Shown here piece by piece: positions 22,481-35,618 of a stretch of DNA of 64,000 nt (within the stretch, counting starts at the first letter, position 1; each line of letters begins with the position of its first letter). Below the pieces are notes generated by a model that was given only the letters and a program-made list of their open reading frames with translations, ran no database searches and was not told the origin of the DNA. The translations under genes were made by a program, and so were the position numbers. Source of the DNA: Callorhinchus milii (taxonomy: Eukaryota). The stretch lies in the NCBI RefSeq assembly GCF_018977255.1, contig NW_024704742.1, positions 68,574,001 through 68,638,000 on the forward strand. Direction: 5' to 3'.

Positions 22481-24324
22481 AGATTAGATTACAAGCAGAG
22501 CAGCCTCACCATGAATTAGATTTTACCCACCAGATATTCCTGTGACGGCTTGGTGGGGCAGGTATTCAGCTGCTAGCGTCAGGAGCGATTGAAAATAAAA
22601 TCCCAAGGAAATGATAGTTTAATGTCTTTCACTCTGAGTGCCATAAATTCTACTTGACCGGTTGTCATAGCCAAGAATTAAGTATTTACACAGTGCCTCC
22701 AAACTCTAGCACTGTTTACTGCAACATCTCAGTCTCTGACTTCACACTGGGCAAATTACAACAGCACAACGCAAGCAAAGAGCTTAAAACACTTACAACA
22801 CTTAAAACACTTAAAAGCTTAAAACACTCTGCCCTTCACTCTGACCCGGGTTATAATAATAACAACAACAACAAGATTACATAATAATAATAATCCTTAC
22901 ATTTGATATTGCGCTTTATCACGTTGTTGTAACGTCTTAAAGTGCTTCACAGAATATACTGTGAAGTGAATGAACTGTATAAGGTGTAATGTGTGAAGAG
23001 CTTTGAGGTGTCCTCCTGACGTGAAGCTTGAAAGACGCTGTATGAAATGTAAGCTTTATTACTATTATTGTTCGAACTGAACGATGCTCTGTTGACATTC
23101 ATACAAAGTCTTTGATTCACACTCAGATTCTGGGTGCATAACGCCTTCTTCCCCTCAAAGTTTAGCAGCAGCAAGATGAATTAGGTTAATATTTCAGTAA
23201 ATGTTCAAATGACCCTGCCCACAGAGATATAAAGCAATCAATTGCAGGAAGGGAAAGAAAACTTACATCTTTGTGTTTCAGTCCACCCTTGCTAACTCTC
23301 AGGTGTGAGTTGCTCTGTCTGCAAAGCTGCTTCTTGTTTTCAGTGCAAACTCCTCTTTCCCTCTTGCTCCCTCTCTCTCAGGTTACTGTACAACCCATAT
23401 TTCATCTAACCTGTGACACACCCACTTTTACTGCTGCTTTACACCGAATCAGCCCCTGTGCTATGTGATTACAGCCTGCAGGGACTCTGCTGTGAGCAAA
23501 CTGGCTACCCACAAAGTACACAGTCATTGCACTTCATGGTGAATTATTTATTTATTTCGAGTCCCACAGCCTGGCTCAGTTGTTGGAACTCTGGCTTCCA
23601 TGTCAGAAGTTTGTGGATTGAAGCTCAGCTGACATGCTGGTGCTGTGTTGGGGGGAGCATTGGTTATCGGAGGCTTCAATGTTCAAATGACCCTGCCCAC
23701 AGAGATATAAAGCAATCAATTGCTGGAAGGGAAAGAAAACTTACATCTTTGTATTTCAGTCCACCCTTGTCCTTCATATGAAATTTTAAACTGAGGGCCC
23801 ATGGCATTAGAGATCCCATGGCTCTGTTTGAACAGAGATGGGAGTTTCTCCCAGTGTGGGGATGGGATCGAGGGATAAACAGGTGTGTGGGATAAGGCAA
23901 CTTGCCTAAAGTTTTGCCCCATCTGGGAATCTAACCCAGGTCTTCTCTCTTGCGAGGTGAGCACCCTAACCACTACACTAAGGGACTCTATCCATAAGCA
24001 TTTGGAGTCAGTGGGAATTGAACCCAAAATCTTCTGCTCCCTATTCCACTGACGTGTCAAGCTGGAAACTGAAGGTCATTAAATAACACTCACAACAAAG
24101 CCCTCATTAGCTGTAGGAAATCTGCAAGTGGAGTCTTAGCAGGTGGGAGGGAGGGAGAGAGGGACACAACATCTTTTGTCCTGGATTTCAAATTCAGTGG
24201 GCAAACCCCAGAGATTTTAGTTTTATTGTCAGATTTTGAAAACTGTGAAATAGCTTTCCCCCATGTGATCGTCCTCCTCCTACCCCATCCCGTGTGATTC
24301 CCCCCCTCACACCCAGTTGTGGTA

Positions 24325-24780
24325 CACCCTCGACACAAAATATACACACATACGTGCACATTCTCACATAAAACTCACACACACACTCTCACAACACGTA
24401 TTCTCACACACACTCACACAACACATGCTCTCTCACACACACTCACAACACATACTCTCTCACATACACTCACAACACATACTCACACACACACTCTCAC
24501 AACATATACTCTCACGCACATTCACACACACACTCTCATACACACTCACACACAGTCACACACACACACACAATCACACCCACACACACCCACACAACAA
24601 CAACAACAAAATTACATTTGTAAAGCACCTTTCACGTCCTCCTGACGTCGCACACACAGTCACATACAGCCTCTCACACACACACTCAGACTCACACACG
24701 CACACACACAATTTCTCACACACACACACACACACAATCACACACATTGTCACATATACACACAGTCTCACACACACACT
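24325..24780. repeat. Degenerate (CA)n microsatellite with an embedded L2-tail fragment (24595-24648)
   Basis: CA-rich tract; CAACAAAATTACATTTGTAAAGCACCTTTCACGTC insert. Confidence 0.9.
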
Positions 24781-25612
24781 CTGGTGGCCACTAACTTTGG
24801 ACCAACATTCCCAGGCTGTGCTGTGTCAGTTATGGAATGTAATGCCCTTTCCCCTCTACTTCCAGGCTACCCATGAGATCTGCACCTGATCCACAGTTCA
24901 CAACATGCGCTTCAGGCAGATTTAAAGACAAACCGGATGAATGGGTTTTTTAGAGAATAAATATTGAAAGATTATATCCACAGTAACAAGGATTGTCACT
25001 GGAAGAGTTAAGTGGGGGTGGGGGGGAGGAAGGATTGCAAACGTTTCCCCCTGCTTGTCCAGCGAGGACCACCCTATCTGTTAGGGCTTTGATTTGCAAG
25101 GTTATCAAGAGCTGAGTAGGAAGAATGTTATCCCCTCGATGACTGAGGGGACTTTACTGGGCGCAAATCGCCTGCTGCTGCTGCAAATACACAGTCACAC
25201 CACATGGCAGCAATGCTCCCGGGTTTGCCCACAAACACACAGTTACTACATGTCACAGTGATCACCTGAAAAGCGCCTTGAAATGTTCTGACATTCTGGC
25301 TGTCACATCAAAAAACAAAGATATTAATGTTATTATTGCTGAGCAGGGCTTAGCTCGAGGGAAGGGTGTGAACGGTATTGAAAGAAGGCCTCTTTTGAGA
25401 ATGGTAAAGGCTCAAAGGCAGAAGCCAACATAAACAAGCTTACATTTGCATAGCGCCTTTCACGTCGAGAGGATATCCCAAGGCGCTGAACGCCTACGGG
25501 AATGCAGGATAAAAACCTATTTTTTACAAACAAGTCCTCATGCAGCATAATGCGCTGCTTGAGATCTCTCCTGATAACTTAGTAGTTAAGAGTAGCAGCA
25601 TATCATTCAAGG

Positions 25613-25995
25613 TGTCAGCCCTACCTCAGTGGTGGCACTCATGCCTGTGAGTGAGAAGATTGAGGGTTCAAGCCCCACATCGGTACTAAGCATAGTCTAA
25701 GCTGACACTTGGGTGCAGCGCTGTTTGCATTGTGGGAAGTGTCCTTTGAATCAGATGTTAAACTGATGGATGTTAAAGATCCCGCGACTCTGTTCGAAAC
25801 GAGAAGGAAGTTTCTCTCTCGCGGTATTCTGATCAACAATCACCCAAATAAAATTGGCCCATTGCTTTGCGTGCAAGTCACCTGCTGTGTTCACTTACAA
25901 AATACAGTCACTGCACTTTACATTACATCCTTGAAGCACATTGCAATGTCCTCCTGATGTGAAAGGCATTGTATCAAACACGAGGAATATTATTG
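25613..25995 (+). mobile_element. Deu-domain SINE, near full length
   Basis: tRNA-like head, Deu motifs and shared tail. Confidence 0.8.
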
Positions 25996-26019
25996 TACTA
26001 ACACTGGCCTGCTCCATGT

Positions 26020-26715
26020 CTTCAATTAGTCCCACTCCCATAGCCCTGCAAATTCTTCCTTTTTAAGTACCTGTCTAATTTCCTTTTGAAAGCTATTATC
26101 GAATTTGCTTCCATCGCAATTTCAACTCTCTGGGTAAAAAAAAATTCTCTTTTTGCCAATTATCTTAAATATGTGTCCTCTGGTTACTGACCCACCCGCC
26201 AGAGGAAACAGTTTCTGCCTATCTCCTCTATCAAAACCCCTCATAATTTTGAACACCTCTAGTAAATATTCCCTCAACCTTCTCTGCTTTAAGGAGAATA
26301 ATCCATGTCTCTCCATTTAATTGTACTCTCTCATCTCTGGTATCATTCTTGTAAATCTTCTCTGCCCCCTCTCCAAGGCCCTGACATCCTTCCTATAGTG
26401 TGGTGCCCAGAATGGGACACAATACTCCAGCTGAGGCCTAACCAGCGATTTATATAACTTCATATTTATTAATTTATTAATATTAATTTATACAAGTTCA
26501 ATATAACTTCCTTGCTCTTATACTCCCTGCCTCTAATTATAAAGCCAAGGATCCCATATGCTTTTTGAACCGCTTTGTCAACTTGTCCTCTCAACTTCAA
26601 AGATTTGTGTATGTGAACCCCAAGGTCTCTCTACATCCCTATTAAAATTGTACCATTTATCTTATATCGTCTCTCCTTCTCCCTCCTTCCAAAATGTATC
26701 ACTTTACATTTCACA
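26020..26715 (-). mobile_element. CR1 ORF2 3' fragment
   Basis: GLFSLKQRRLREYLLEVFKIMRGFDR...VTRGH. Confidence 0.9.
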
Positions 26716-27914
26716 CATCCTGGAGCCCCTTCATGTTGCCCCCTCCCTTGCCTCCTTCAAGGCCCATCGCAGGACCTTCATCTTCGGTCATCTTCCTATC
26801 CCTACCGCCCAGCTCAGATGCAAATCTTTGACTGTCCAGTGCCTTGGAATGTCCTCCTGACGTGAAAGGTGATATGCAAATTGTTGTTGTTACACTATAT
26901 CTTGTTTCCACGACTGTTTATGGGACATTGCTGTGCACAATTGGCAGTCGTGTTCGGCCACAAATATACAGTCAATTCACTTTACAGTATATTCTGTGAA
27001 GCGCTTTGGGACTTCTAGAAGACGTGAAAAGCGCTATATCAAATGCAAGGATTATTATTATTATTATTATTGTTGGAACATGGTTGTTAGTCAATTAGCG
27101 GATTGCTTTCCTGGGATAATAAACCCTCCAAAAAAAATTGGGTCACTCAAGCCACGACTGTTTGCGGGATACTTCTGTGTGCAATTGGCTGCCGCATTTC
27201 GCCCAAGAAATACGCAATCGATTTACTTCATAGTATATTCTGTAAGGCGCTTTGAGACGTCTCAAAGACACGACAAGGCGTATATCAAAGGCAAGAATTA
27301 TTATTATGGGATAAAAAATGTGTGAAACTAGAGACTTACAGAGGGGGTTTGAGAAAGTGGAGGCATCACACTTGAAGGTTTGACAATTGTGAATGGGAGG
27401 GAGGAGGTGAGTAGGGAGAAGCCTCAAGGCAGAGAACAAATCCCAATCTCCACAAGTGGTAGGACTGGTTCCTCTCACTGAATGCACTGGGTAAACCACA
27501 AGATTTGGATCGACCGACTAACAAACAAAATAGGTCACTTAAAGTTATAACACAGAGTTCTGCCAAATGAGACAACAAGGGTCTGGGCTCACGTAGCTTA
27601 CTGCACGTTATGTTTTAATGTTTGATTTGAAACGACTACGCTGACCTGGTGTGGAAACATATTTTTGCCCTTGAAATTCTCTGCAATTTTGATGATAATG
27701 AAAGAAAAGTGGGATGTTTCCTGTTTATCAGATTCACATGAGGAGTTTAAGCCAAACAGAGAGTGACGCACACATGCAAAGAGATAAATCTCTCAGACGC
27801 ATAGAGAGAGAGAAAGAGAGAGAAATCAATGATGGGGCTGAGAAGGTGATCAAATTGGGATTTAGAATCAAACTAAAGGGGGCAGGAATGAAGCCTCCAT
27901 GGTACATTTCTGTT

Positions 27915-28190
27915 TAGGGAGAGAGAAAGAAACAAAGAACAAAGAGGCAAAGAACAGAGAAACACTGAACAAGAGAGGAACAAAGACGGAGAGAGGCAAA
28001 GAGAGAGAGGCAAATATATATATATATATAGAGAGAGAAACAGAGAGAGAGAGCGAGAGAGGCAAAGAGAGAAGAGATGAAGAGATAAAGAAACAGAGAG
28101 GAGGAGAGAGAAAGTGAGAAAATGAAACAGAGAAAGAGAGGCAAAGAGAAAGCAAGTAAGTGAGATTAGAAGAGGCAAAGAGAGGAAGAG
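27915..28190. repeat. Purine-rich (GA) low-complexity tract
   Basis: Nearly all A/G on the + strand. Confidence 0.85.
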
Positions 28191-29184
28191 CATAGCATTG
28201 CAGTATACATTCAGTGGGCAGTTCATCATCATTAGACTGAATATAGAATATATGCCAGGGCAGATGTCAGCATTGCTTTGCAGACCCTTATTGAACCTTT
28301 CCCAGCACGTCTTCTGACTATAAATCTCCACCATTTGTGTTTGTCTCTCCCCTTCTCCTGTGGTCTTCCACCCCTCCACCCACACCCTAACCAACTGCAG
28401 AGCTGCAGGCGAGGAGAAGGATCTCTCCGAGGCCGGCATTTCCAGACGCTTAACGGACTGTGACCCTCACCGCAGGGGTGTGAGGAGGGGGTCGCATCTA
28501 GAACGCACATGTGAGGAAAGCAATGAATGGCACATTGCAGCATTTGTGGATTCCCAAACCAAACACACAGTCACTACACTGTGCAGCAAAATCCTGTGAA
28601 ATGTCCTCCTGACGTGAAAGGCACTGTTTTAAATGCAAGGATAATGATAATTATTATTAATAGTATTATTGATAATAGAAAGACTAAGAAACAGAAAGAG
28701 GGGCAAAGAGGGACAAAGAAAGAGAGAAATAGAGAGGGAATAATACGAATCATTATTATTAGTAATTATTATTATTTGTGTAAGAGTGTACACATTCTTC
28801 CCCAACCAAATGCAAAGGCAGATCAAACGTGAGATTGAAACTCATAGAGCAAACAAGTCTATCGCTACATCAGATCGATATTTGTAGACTTTGTGCAGCG
28901 CTCATTCAGACAGAGATAAGCATTATTTGCACTGTTAGACTTGGTCACAATACACTTTGCGTCTTCCCAGTGAATTCTCTTTGGAGGCACAAGTAAGTTC
29001 CTCAATCTAAAGCTTTATTGAGCCGAGTCTCAGCGAACCATTGACTAACGTTTACTTTTCTTTGGTCAGTGAGCATCTGACGCAAAGTTACACCCATCAC
29101 CGTTCTTTCTGGTACCCAAACCCAATCTGAACTTGAGCGTTTCAAGCATTCCACCTACACAACAACAACAACAAATTACACTTG

Positions 29185-31090
29185 TATAGCAAAACACAAA
29201 ATACTGCAGATGCTGGAAATCTGAAACAAAAACAGAGTCAACGTTTCGGGTCCACGACCCTTTGTCAGAAATGGGGCTTGTTGGGAGAGGTTTTTAAGGA
29301 CAAGTTGAGAGGGGGAGGCAGGACAAGGACGACAAAGAAGACAAAGGAGAGAATGTGTTAGATGATGGGTTGAAGAGATGTTAATGGCGTAAAACAAAAG
29401 GGGGTGGGGGGTAGGTTGAAACAAAACTGGGAAGAAGAGGTGTTAATAGTGCAGAATAGGCCTCACACCAGAGAGAGACAAAGAGTGTCTGGGGTGATGA
29501 TTGTAATGATAACAGAAGATAACTCTTCTGGTAACAGAAAGAGGGGGAGGGGGAAGGTGAGCTGTTATGGTCTGAAGTGGCTGAAATCGATATTAAGGCC
29601 AGAGGGCTGTAGGGTCCCCAGCAGATAGATAAGATGCTGCTCCTCAAGCTTTTGCTGTAGATCATTGAACAATGTAGGAGACCATAGATGGAGAGGTCAG
29701 ACTGTGAATGGGAGTGTGAGTTAAAATGGCAGGAGACCGGAAGATCAGGGTTGATCTTGCGTACAGAACAGCAACAACAACAAGATTGCATTTATAGAGC
29801 GCCTTTCACGTCAGGAGGATGGAGATGTTCTGCAAATCGGTCACCCAAACTGCGCTTAGTCACCCCAATATAGAGGAGACAACACCGTGAGCAAAGGATG
29901 CAGTATGCTACATTGGTGGTAGTACATGTAAACCGCTGTCTTACGTGGAAACTGTGTTTGGGGCCTTAGTGGTCTGGGAGGAGGTGAAAGGGCAAGTATT
30001 ACATCTCCTGCACTGGCATGGGAAGCTGCCAGGGGAAGGAGAGCAACTGGTAGTGCTGACGGTGGAATAAACTAAGAAATCCCGGAGGGAACGATCCCTT
30101 CGGTATGCAGAGAGGGGAGGGGAGGGAAACATGTGTTGGTGGATGAGTCATGCTGGAAGTGCCAGAAATGTTGGAGAATGATGTGCTGAATATTGAGGCT
30201 GGTGGGGTGGTAGGTGAGGACTAAAGGGACGCTATCACGGTTCTGGGATGAGGGGGAAGGGGTGAGGGCAGAGGTGCGGGAAATAGGGCGGACGCGGTCA
30301 AGGGCCTTGGCTAATACTGTCGATGGGAATCCTTGGTCGAGGTAAAAATGCTCTGGCGTGGAAGGCTGCATTGTCAGAGTAGATACGCGGAGGCGGAGGA
30401 ACTGGGAAAATGGGATGGTGTCTTTGCAGGAGCCTGGGTGGGATGAGGTGTAGTCAAGGTAGCTGTGGGAGTTGATGAGCTTACAGAAAATGTCTGTGGA
30501 TAGTCTGTTACCTGACGTGGAGATAGTGAAGTCGAGGAAGGGAAGGGAAGAGTCAGAGATGTGGATTTTATGGAGGGGTGGAAGGTGGAAGCAAAATTTA
30601 TAAATGCTTCTAATTCATTGTGAGAGCAGGAAGCGGACCCGACACAGTCATCGATGTACCTAAGGAATAGGTCAGGGAGCAAACCTGAGTAGGACCGGAA
30701 CAAGGAGTGTTCCAGGTAGGCAACAAACAGGCATTCATAGCTGGGACCCATGCGAGTTCCCATAGCGACACCTTTTATTTGAAGGAAGTGGTTGGAATTG
30801 AATGTGAAGTTGTTCAATGTCAGAACAAGTTCAGCCAAGCGGAGGAGCGTGGTGGTGGATGGAGTCTGGTTTTGCCGTTGATCAAGGTGAAACCGGAGGG
30901 CCTGAAGGCCGTCCTTGTGGGGGATGGAGGTGTAGAGGGACTGAAAGTTCATTGTGAAGAGGAGACGTTCAGGACCGGGGAACTGGAAATTGTCAAAGTG
31001 GCTGAGGACGTCCGAGGAGTCACGGATATAGGTGGGAAGGGATTGGATGAGGGAAGCAAAAATGGAGTCCAGGTAAAACATGATTAATTC
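29185..31090 (-). mobile_element. Penelope-like retroelement (RT plus GIY-YIG endonuclease), degenerate and 5'-truncated
   Basis: RT motifs FTMNFQSLYTSIPH, QIKGVAMGTRMGPSY and RYIDD; VPLVLTYHP; Cys linker CQCRRCNTCP; endonuclease-like LYIGVTKRSLGDRFAEHL near 29820-29880. A ~50-bp L2 tail is inserted at ~29768-29820. Confidence 0.95.
29238..29272 (-). ncRNA. Minimal type-I hammerhead ribozyme-like motif at the Penelope 3' end (core variant)
   Basis: Minus strand reads CUGACAA-A-GGGUC-GUG-GACCC-GAAACGUU. The canonical core is CUGAnGA...GAAA. Confidence 0.7.
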
Positions 31091-31439
31091 AGATTGGCTG
31101 TGCTGACATCAGCAGTGCCCTGGAATACTGCAGACCCGCCTCGCACAGGAACCGGATTACTGAGACCGTCAAGAGGGCTGGCTCGATTCTGACATTTGTT
31201 TGCCAAACACGTAACCTTGGAGCCAGTTCAGTTCCAAGCAGACCCCATTTATCTTCCCCCAATGAATCAACAAATTGACAACTTGAACATTTTAAAGCAG
31301 CCTTCTCCCCATTTACTCAATAAAGAATAACATTAAATACAATGACAATCCTCGCATTTAGTACAACAACTTGCATTTATATAGCGCCCCTCACGTAGGG
31401 AAGCTTCCCAGAATGCCTATAATGTTGAATGTCTCAAAG

Positions 31440-31810
31440 TGCTTCATAGGGAATTGTAATAATAAATCTTGATAGTATTTACATCTGATACAGTTCATTT
31501 CATGTCAGGAAGGATGCTCAAAGCGCTTCATAGGATTTTTACTGTGAAGTGTGGTGCCTGTGTATTTTGTGGGCGAACACAGCAGCCAATTTGTGCATAG
31601 CCGTGTCCCACAAACAGCCTTGGATTGAGTAACCAATTTTATTTGGGGGATTGTTGGCCAGGACACTGAGAGAAACTCCCTTTTCTTTTCAAATAGTGCT
31701 ATGGGATCTTTCAGGCAGACGAGACCTCGGCTTAACGTCTCATCTGAAGGATGACACCTCTGACAATCCAGCGCTACACTGGTGCGTTAACCTGGACTGT
31801 GAGCTCAATG
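31440..31810 (-). mobile_element. Deu-domain SINE
   Basis: Reverse-complement Deu and tail motifs. Confidence 0.75.
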
Positions 31811-31849
31811 TCCCATCTGCCTGCTCTAAGTTTGCCTCCAAAATAAGTC

Positions 31850-32530
31850 AACATCAACAACTTGCTTATACAACCCTTCACATGGAGCAGTATCTCGGAG
31901 CGCTGAACAATGACGGAGCCCGACCCTGAGCCGGGAGGTGACCATGAGCAAGGTTGAAGAGGAAGGTCTTCAGGTGTGTGATCTGAAAATAGGGAAGGAG
32001 GAGACAAGGCAAAGGGATTGAGGGAAAGAGTTCAAAGGTTTTCGGGCTTAGTAGTTGAAAGGGCGGTTGTACGAGGGACAAGCAGGAGCCTAAACCAGTC
32101 GAGGGGAGGTGGCAGGTGGTGGAGTGGGGAGTAAGCAGGTCAGAGAGGTAGGGAGGTTCCAGGGCATGAAGGGATTTGTAGACGATTGTGAGGATCTTGA
32201 AGTCGATCTCTTCCATGATGGGGAGGGATGGAGTCTGAAGAGGACTAGTGTGATGGGGGTGTAGTGTTCAGTGCAGGTGAGTTTACGGGCGCAGAGTTTT
32301 GAATTAGATGGATTTTGTGGATGGTGGAGCTGGGGAGATGAGTGAGGAGGGCACTGAAATAATTGAGGTGGGAGGTGATGAGTGTGTGGATGATCGTTTC
32401 AGCGGTGTTGGATGTGAGGTTCGGTTGGAGGTGGGCAATGTGACGGAGGTAGAGGAAGGCTGTCCTGGTCAGGGACCAGATGTGGGGTAGGAAGGACAGC
32501 TAGGGTTCAAGCCTAACGCCTAGGCTATCC
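31850..32530 (-). mobile_element. Older L2 subfamily 3' fragment
   Basis: IDFKILTIVYKSLHALEPPYLSDLL...HLKTFLF. Confidence 0.85.
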
Positions 32531-33100
32531 ACAGGATTCACGACATGGCACTTGACAGCGCTGTGTGACATTCCATCGTGATAAAACGCTATAACAAACT
32601 TTCTTGCAGTTAGGTGACTGGATTATTTCTGTGTGTGGCACAAACAAAGGGGACAGATTATCACACAAGAATAACAGTCACCTGAGCAGGACACTGATGG
32701 GCTCTGAGTTTGTTTAGCACTGGAAATTGTCCAGGCCAGGGGATGGGCAGCAGGGCTCAGCCAATAGTGCCCTCGCCTCTGGGTCAGATGGACTTGGGTG
32801 GGTGGGGGGTGTCTACCTCCTTGAATGTGCCTATGGCTCAGTGTCTAACCCGATCCCTGTGAAATGCTCAGAGACGTTTTCCCAGGGGCGGGTCTAGGGT
32901 TGAAGATTGGATCAAGGTCAGGATTTGGTCGCCTTGGCTCTGCCCCTCTGTCTCTCCCAACGCAGCTCTGATTGGGGGGCTGGACACCCAGCGAGTCAGT
33001 CAGTGGGAGGGCTGTGGGTGATGTCTGCCTGTGGTTGTGAGTCAGGGTCAGGACAACAGGCTGCGCTTTTTTTTGGTCAGCCGGGGGTCTGACACATCAC

Positions 33101-33583
33101 CTGGGCCAAATATCCCCTCTGCTCCAAACCTGTACACACAGTGTGCTAGGCCTCTGCATGCTGTTTGCTTGACGCTACTACAGTGGGCGGAGTGGCTCCG
33201 GTCATGCATGCGCGGAGAGCGTTGGGATCGTGGTAGTGAGTCAGGAAATCAACTTCGCCCATAGTGAGTGAATCACAATAGAAATACCAGCCTTGCCACA
33301 CTACTACCATCTATTTGCTTGATGACTAGCCTGAACTGAGCTGTGACCAATTCTTGGTAACTGCTGTACTATTCATATTAACATTTTTAGTATTTTAAAC
33401 ATAATTACATTTTCAGGAAATGTATGCCTATAGTTTTAATCCGGCTTGTTTCACAAAATACGTCTCAATAGCACCAATCAACAATTCCGCAATCTCCTGC
33501 AAAAACGATCAAATTTCTCCCCAAAATTTGCCAAGTGACCCACAATTTTTGGCAAATACTTCCACAATTTTCTATTGGCCAAG
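33101..33583. mobile_element. Possible hAT-type non-autonomous element inserted in the unclassified repeat
   Basis: Imperfect TIRs CTGGGCCAAATA / TATTGGCCAAG and near-TSD CACATCAC / CTCATCAC. It interrupts a sequence that is contiguous in the 49.2-kb and 54.9-kb copies. Confidence 0.4.
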
Positions 33584-35618
33584 CTCATCACCATGCTTAA
33601 GAGCATCCAAACCAAACTGAGAATTCCATGCATCCCACCTACACATAGAAATTCCAGTGATAGATTATTGAAATGGAATGCACACTCTCTCCCTGGAGGA
33701 TATATCCTGCTTACCTAGTCCAGGAAAGCAGTTGGGGCAGGTCGGCAGGAACCCAGACTTGGGGACTCCAGAATGAGTGTTGGGGTAACTGCTGGAGTCT
33801 AACCAGCTAAAGCCACATAGCTTGCCATTGATACCACTGTCTAACAAGCTTTGCTGCCGCTTGTTCAGCTAGAACCACCCTACCCATTAGGACTTTGCTT
33901 TGCAGGGTTAACAGGAGCTGAGTGGGATGACTCCCTGCCCCGAGTGACTGTCCTGCCCTTCCACATTCTGCCGATGAGCCAGACTGGTTCTGCTGTCATC
34001 AGCAGTGCCTTGGCCCGCCTGGCTCAAGAACCGGACTAGAGACCGCCAGAGGGCTGGCTCGATTCCGATATTCCGTTGCCAGGCATGTCACCATGGAGTT
34101 AGACCCCCCGGAGGTTTGTCAGGGGCTTTGTTTGGTGGATTGGTCAGTCAGTGGACAGGCTGAAAACGGCAATGTGATTGTGAAAAAGTAGTTAATTGAG
34201 TCAGTTTTAATCCACTCTTTTGACAACTTTGGCCAGCCTCAAAGTGACCCCCCACCTCTCCACTGGAAGTGTGCTGTGCAAAGCCAAGTTGTTATCACAT
34301 CATCGAAACATCTGAAAACACAGATACAAGAATTATTATGATTATTATAAAGAGCAAGCAGCTTCCAAATCGCAGACTGAATTGAAGAATTTTTAGGAAT
34401 TATAATAATAATAATCCTTGCATTTGATACAGCGTCTTATCGTGTCATTGAGACGTCTCAAAACGTTTCACAGGATCTACTGGAACGTGAATCGACTGTA
34501 CATTTGGTGGGCGAAACACTACAGCCAACTGCGCACAGATTAAATTCCTACGTTATATTTTATGGCAAAAGTGGGGTCAAATGGCTAAGAGGACTGAGTG
34601 ACATTCCAAGTCCCAGCTGGAGGTTACACCTCCCTCTCTCGCTCTGCAATCCCTCCCCCCAATAACTCCAGCCAGCCAGCCAGCCAGCCAGCCTGCCCCC
34701 TGTCTGTGTAGACCAGACTAATGATATGACAGTGTTTTAAAGCCCACTTCACAGCTGCCATTGTCTCATGTCTTTTGCAACGTTGCACGTGGTAGAGTCT
34801 GGTGTGTGGGTGTGTACATAAAGGGGAGTTTTTTTTTGCAAATAGAGGTGATAAATGAGGAATACTCTTCACCCCCCCCCCCCCCCCCACCCCATTCCCC
34901 ACCCACCCACACATCCCTCCCATCCAATTCCAGAATGTTCTACCCGCCCATCCCAAGCCCTGAATGGAAAATACCCATTAGTATACTGTAACTGCACAAA
35001 GCCTTTTGCAACAGAGAGGGAGAATGAGCAATGGTGTATGAGCTCAACATGGGTTTGGTAGCTGGGGAGCTTTCAAAGCAGATCATTGTGCAGCTGCCAA
35101 GCTTCCAAATCATATTTTTATTTGCAAGATAAACACGTAAAGGTTGTTTGCATACACAAAAATAATTAATGTGCATTCATCAGTCCTCTAAATCTTTACA
35201 CGTACTGCATAAGTTGTTTGCATTTATATACACAAATATAATACACACATTTATGAAAATTATTACTGTGCAAAGTTAGCGTTTTAAGTTCATCTGATGG
35301 AAAATAAGAGAGAAAGAGAGCAGCTTCTAAACATGATTTATTTAAAGAAAGGATCAGACACAGGGATCAGTGGTGTATTCCCGAATCCCTTTGTCTTTCC
35401 CTTTTCCTTTTGTTGCTTCTGGAATGAAACCTTACACTTTCTAATTTACAACTCAAGTCAGTTCAGAGACACAAACAAACACACACCACAAAGATGCAGT
35501 AAAACCAAGCATTTCCAACCCCCCCTCCCCCACCCCGATCCCGTCTCTTCGCACATCCGCACGATTGCAATACCATAAAAATGAATTGTAAATGAAATAA
35601 AATTGGCAGAGAACTCAC

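Noticed and set aside
28401..28510. Exon-like plus-strand segment (AAGEEKDLSEAGISRR...)
   Set aside because: Weak donor, no recognisable product and no partner exon; not supportable from sequence alone.
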